Shown piece by piece: positions 16,753 to 17,064 of a DNA stretch of 17,064 nt (positions within the stretch are counted from its first letter, which is position 1; each line of letters starts with the position of its first letter). This DNA comes from a candidate division WOR-3 bacterium (GTDB lineage Bacteria > Hydrothermota > Hydrothermia > LBFQ01 > DSFT01). The stretch spans positions 1 to 17,064 of the forward strand of contig CBFGJN010000043.1 in the NCBI GenBank assembly GCA_965649115.1, given 5' to 3'. The notes under the pieces are model-generated. The model was not told the origin of the DNA, searched no databases, and saw nothing but the letters and a program-made list of their open reading frames with translations. The translations under genes were made by a program, and so were the position numbers.

Positions 16753-16762
16753 AATTTTAAAG
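16753..16762 (-). promoter_or_regulatory. Putative -10 region (CTTTAAAATT) giving a leaderless acyl-CoA dehydrogenase mRNA
   Basis: Minus strand GCTTTAAAATTTGCTTATG: TAAAAT lies 6 nt before the ATG, with no SD. Confidence 0.65.
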
Positions 16763-16766
16763 CTTA

Positions 16767-16912
16767 ACCCTGAAAATAATCCTTCCGCTTACAAAAACCC
16801 CAACTTTTGCCCTTGGAGGGGCATAGCTCCCCCCATTAAAGCAATAGTTCAAATAAGATTTTTAGTAAATTATTGATATTCAAGGAATTAACATTATTTA
16901 CTAGACAAAGCA
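16767..16912 (-). mobile_element. MITE-like element, copy 3 (diverged, right end missing)
   Basis: Minus strand from 16912 aligns ungapped to copy 1 from 136 at 39/48 identity. AACTATTGCTTTAATGGGGGGA matches 20/22, followed by decayed versions of both hairpins (GGGGAGCTATGCCCC, AAGCGGAAGGATT) and AGGGT. Confidence 0.75.
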
Positions 16913-16938
16913 AAAACTTTAATTATTTTTTTCATTAT

Positions 16939-16968
16939 GTTTCAATCCCTTATAGGGACGATAAAAAC
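16939..16968 (-). CRISPR. Solitary CRISPR repeat unit GTTTTTATCGTCCCTATAAGGGATTGAAAC (type I-B/III-like); no array
   Basis: 30 bp with GTTT start, ATTGAAAC 3' octamer (the typical Cas6-generated handle) and internal palindrome TCCCT-ATA-AGGGA. No second copy at the expected ~66-bp spacing on either side. Confidence 0.7.
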
Positions 16969-17030
16969 CCGTGCCTTGCCTTTTACCCCTTGACCACCTT
17001 ACGACGATGTATATAACAAGTCGTCCAGCA

Positions 17031-17064
17031 CCAAAATTTTAAAGCATAAGTTTTCAATTTTTCA
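17031..17064 (-). promoter_or_regulatory. Putative promoter firing towards the solitary CRISPR repeat
   Basis: TATGCTTTAAAATTTTGG (17048-17031) is an 18/18 match to the tRNA-Ala promoter region (4933-4916). A possible (T)TGAAA -35 with an 18-nt spacer is cut by the window edge. Confidence 0.6.

Noticed and set aside
16894..16935. 13-codon minus-strand ORF MKKIIKVFALSSK just after the CRISPR repeat
   Set aside because: Too short, runs into the MITE end, and is expected by chance in AT-rich DNA. It could be a gene remnant but cannot be supported.
16860..17064. A multi-repeat CRISPR array
   Set aside because: No second repeat at the expected spacing on either side. The GACAAAGCAAAAAC at 16904-16917 belongs to the MITE end and its flank, not a degenerate repeat.

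Overview
AT-rich, extremely compact bacterial chromosome segment, probably from a thermophile. That inference rests on the two aminopropyltransferases plus pyruvoyl arginine decarboxylase; a T9SS-like C-terminal tail hints at an FCB/WOR-3-type lineage. It holds 17 mostly housekeeping CDSs in functionally mixed operons: speE-pdaD-speE-deoC (+); meaB-smpB and tRNA-Ala-prs-dapB (-); nuoJ-pheT-zapB-zapA-rny-tatA-tldD (+); acyl-CoA dehydrogenase, beta-propeller protein and PhnD-like lipoprotein (-). The unusual content is intergenic. (1) A MITE-like family with TGCTTTGTC...GACAAGGCA ends, a 9-bp flanking duplication, paired IHF-consensus sites and cGAAg mini-hairpins occurs in all three large intergenic regions. 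(2) A solitary 30-bp CRISPR repeat ending in ATTGAAAC lies at 16939-16968, downstream of its own tRNA-like promoter and a GC-rich structured ~60-nt segment, with no array or cas genes in view. (3) An identical CTTTAAAATT motif precedes all six predicted transcription starts, and several mRNAs appear leaderless or nearly so.
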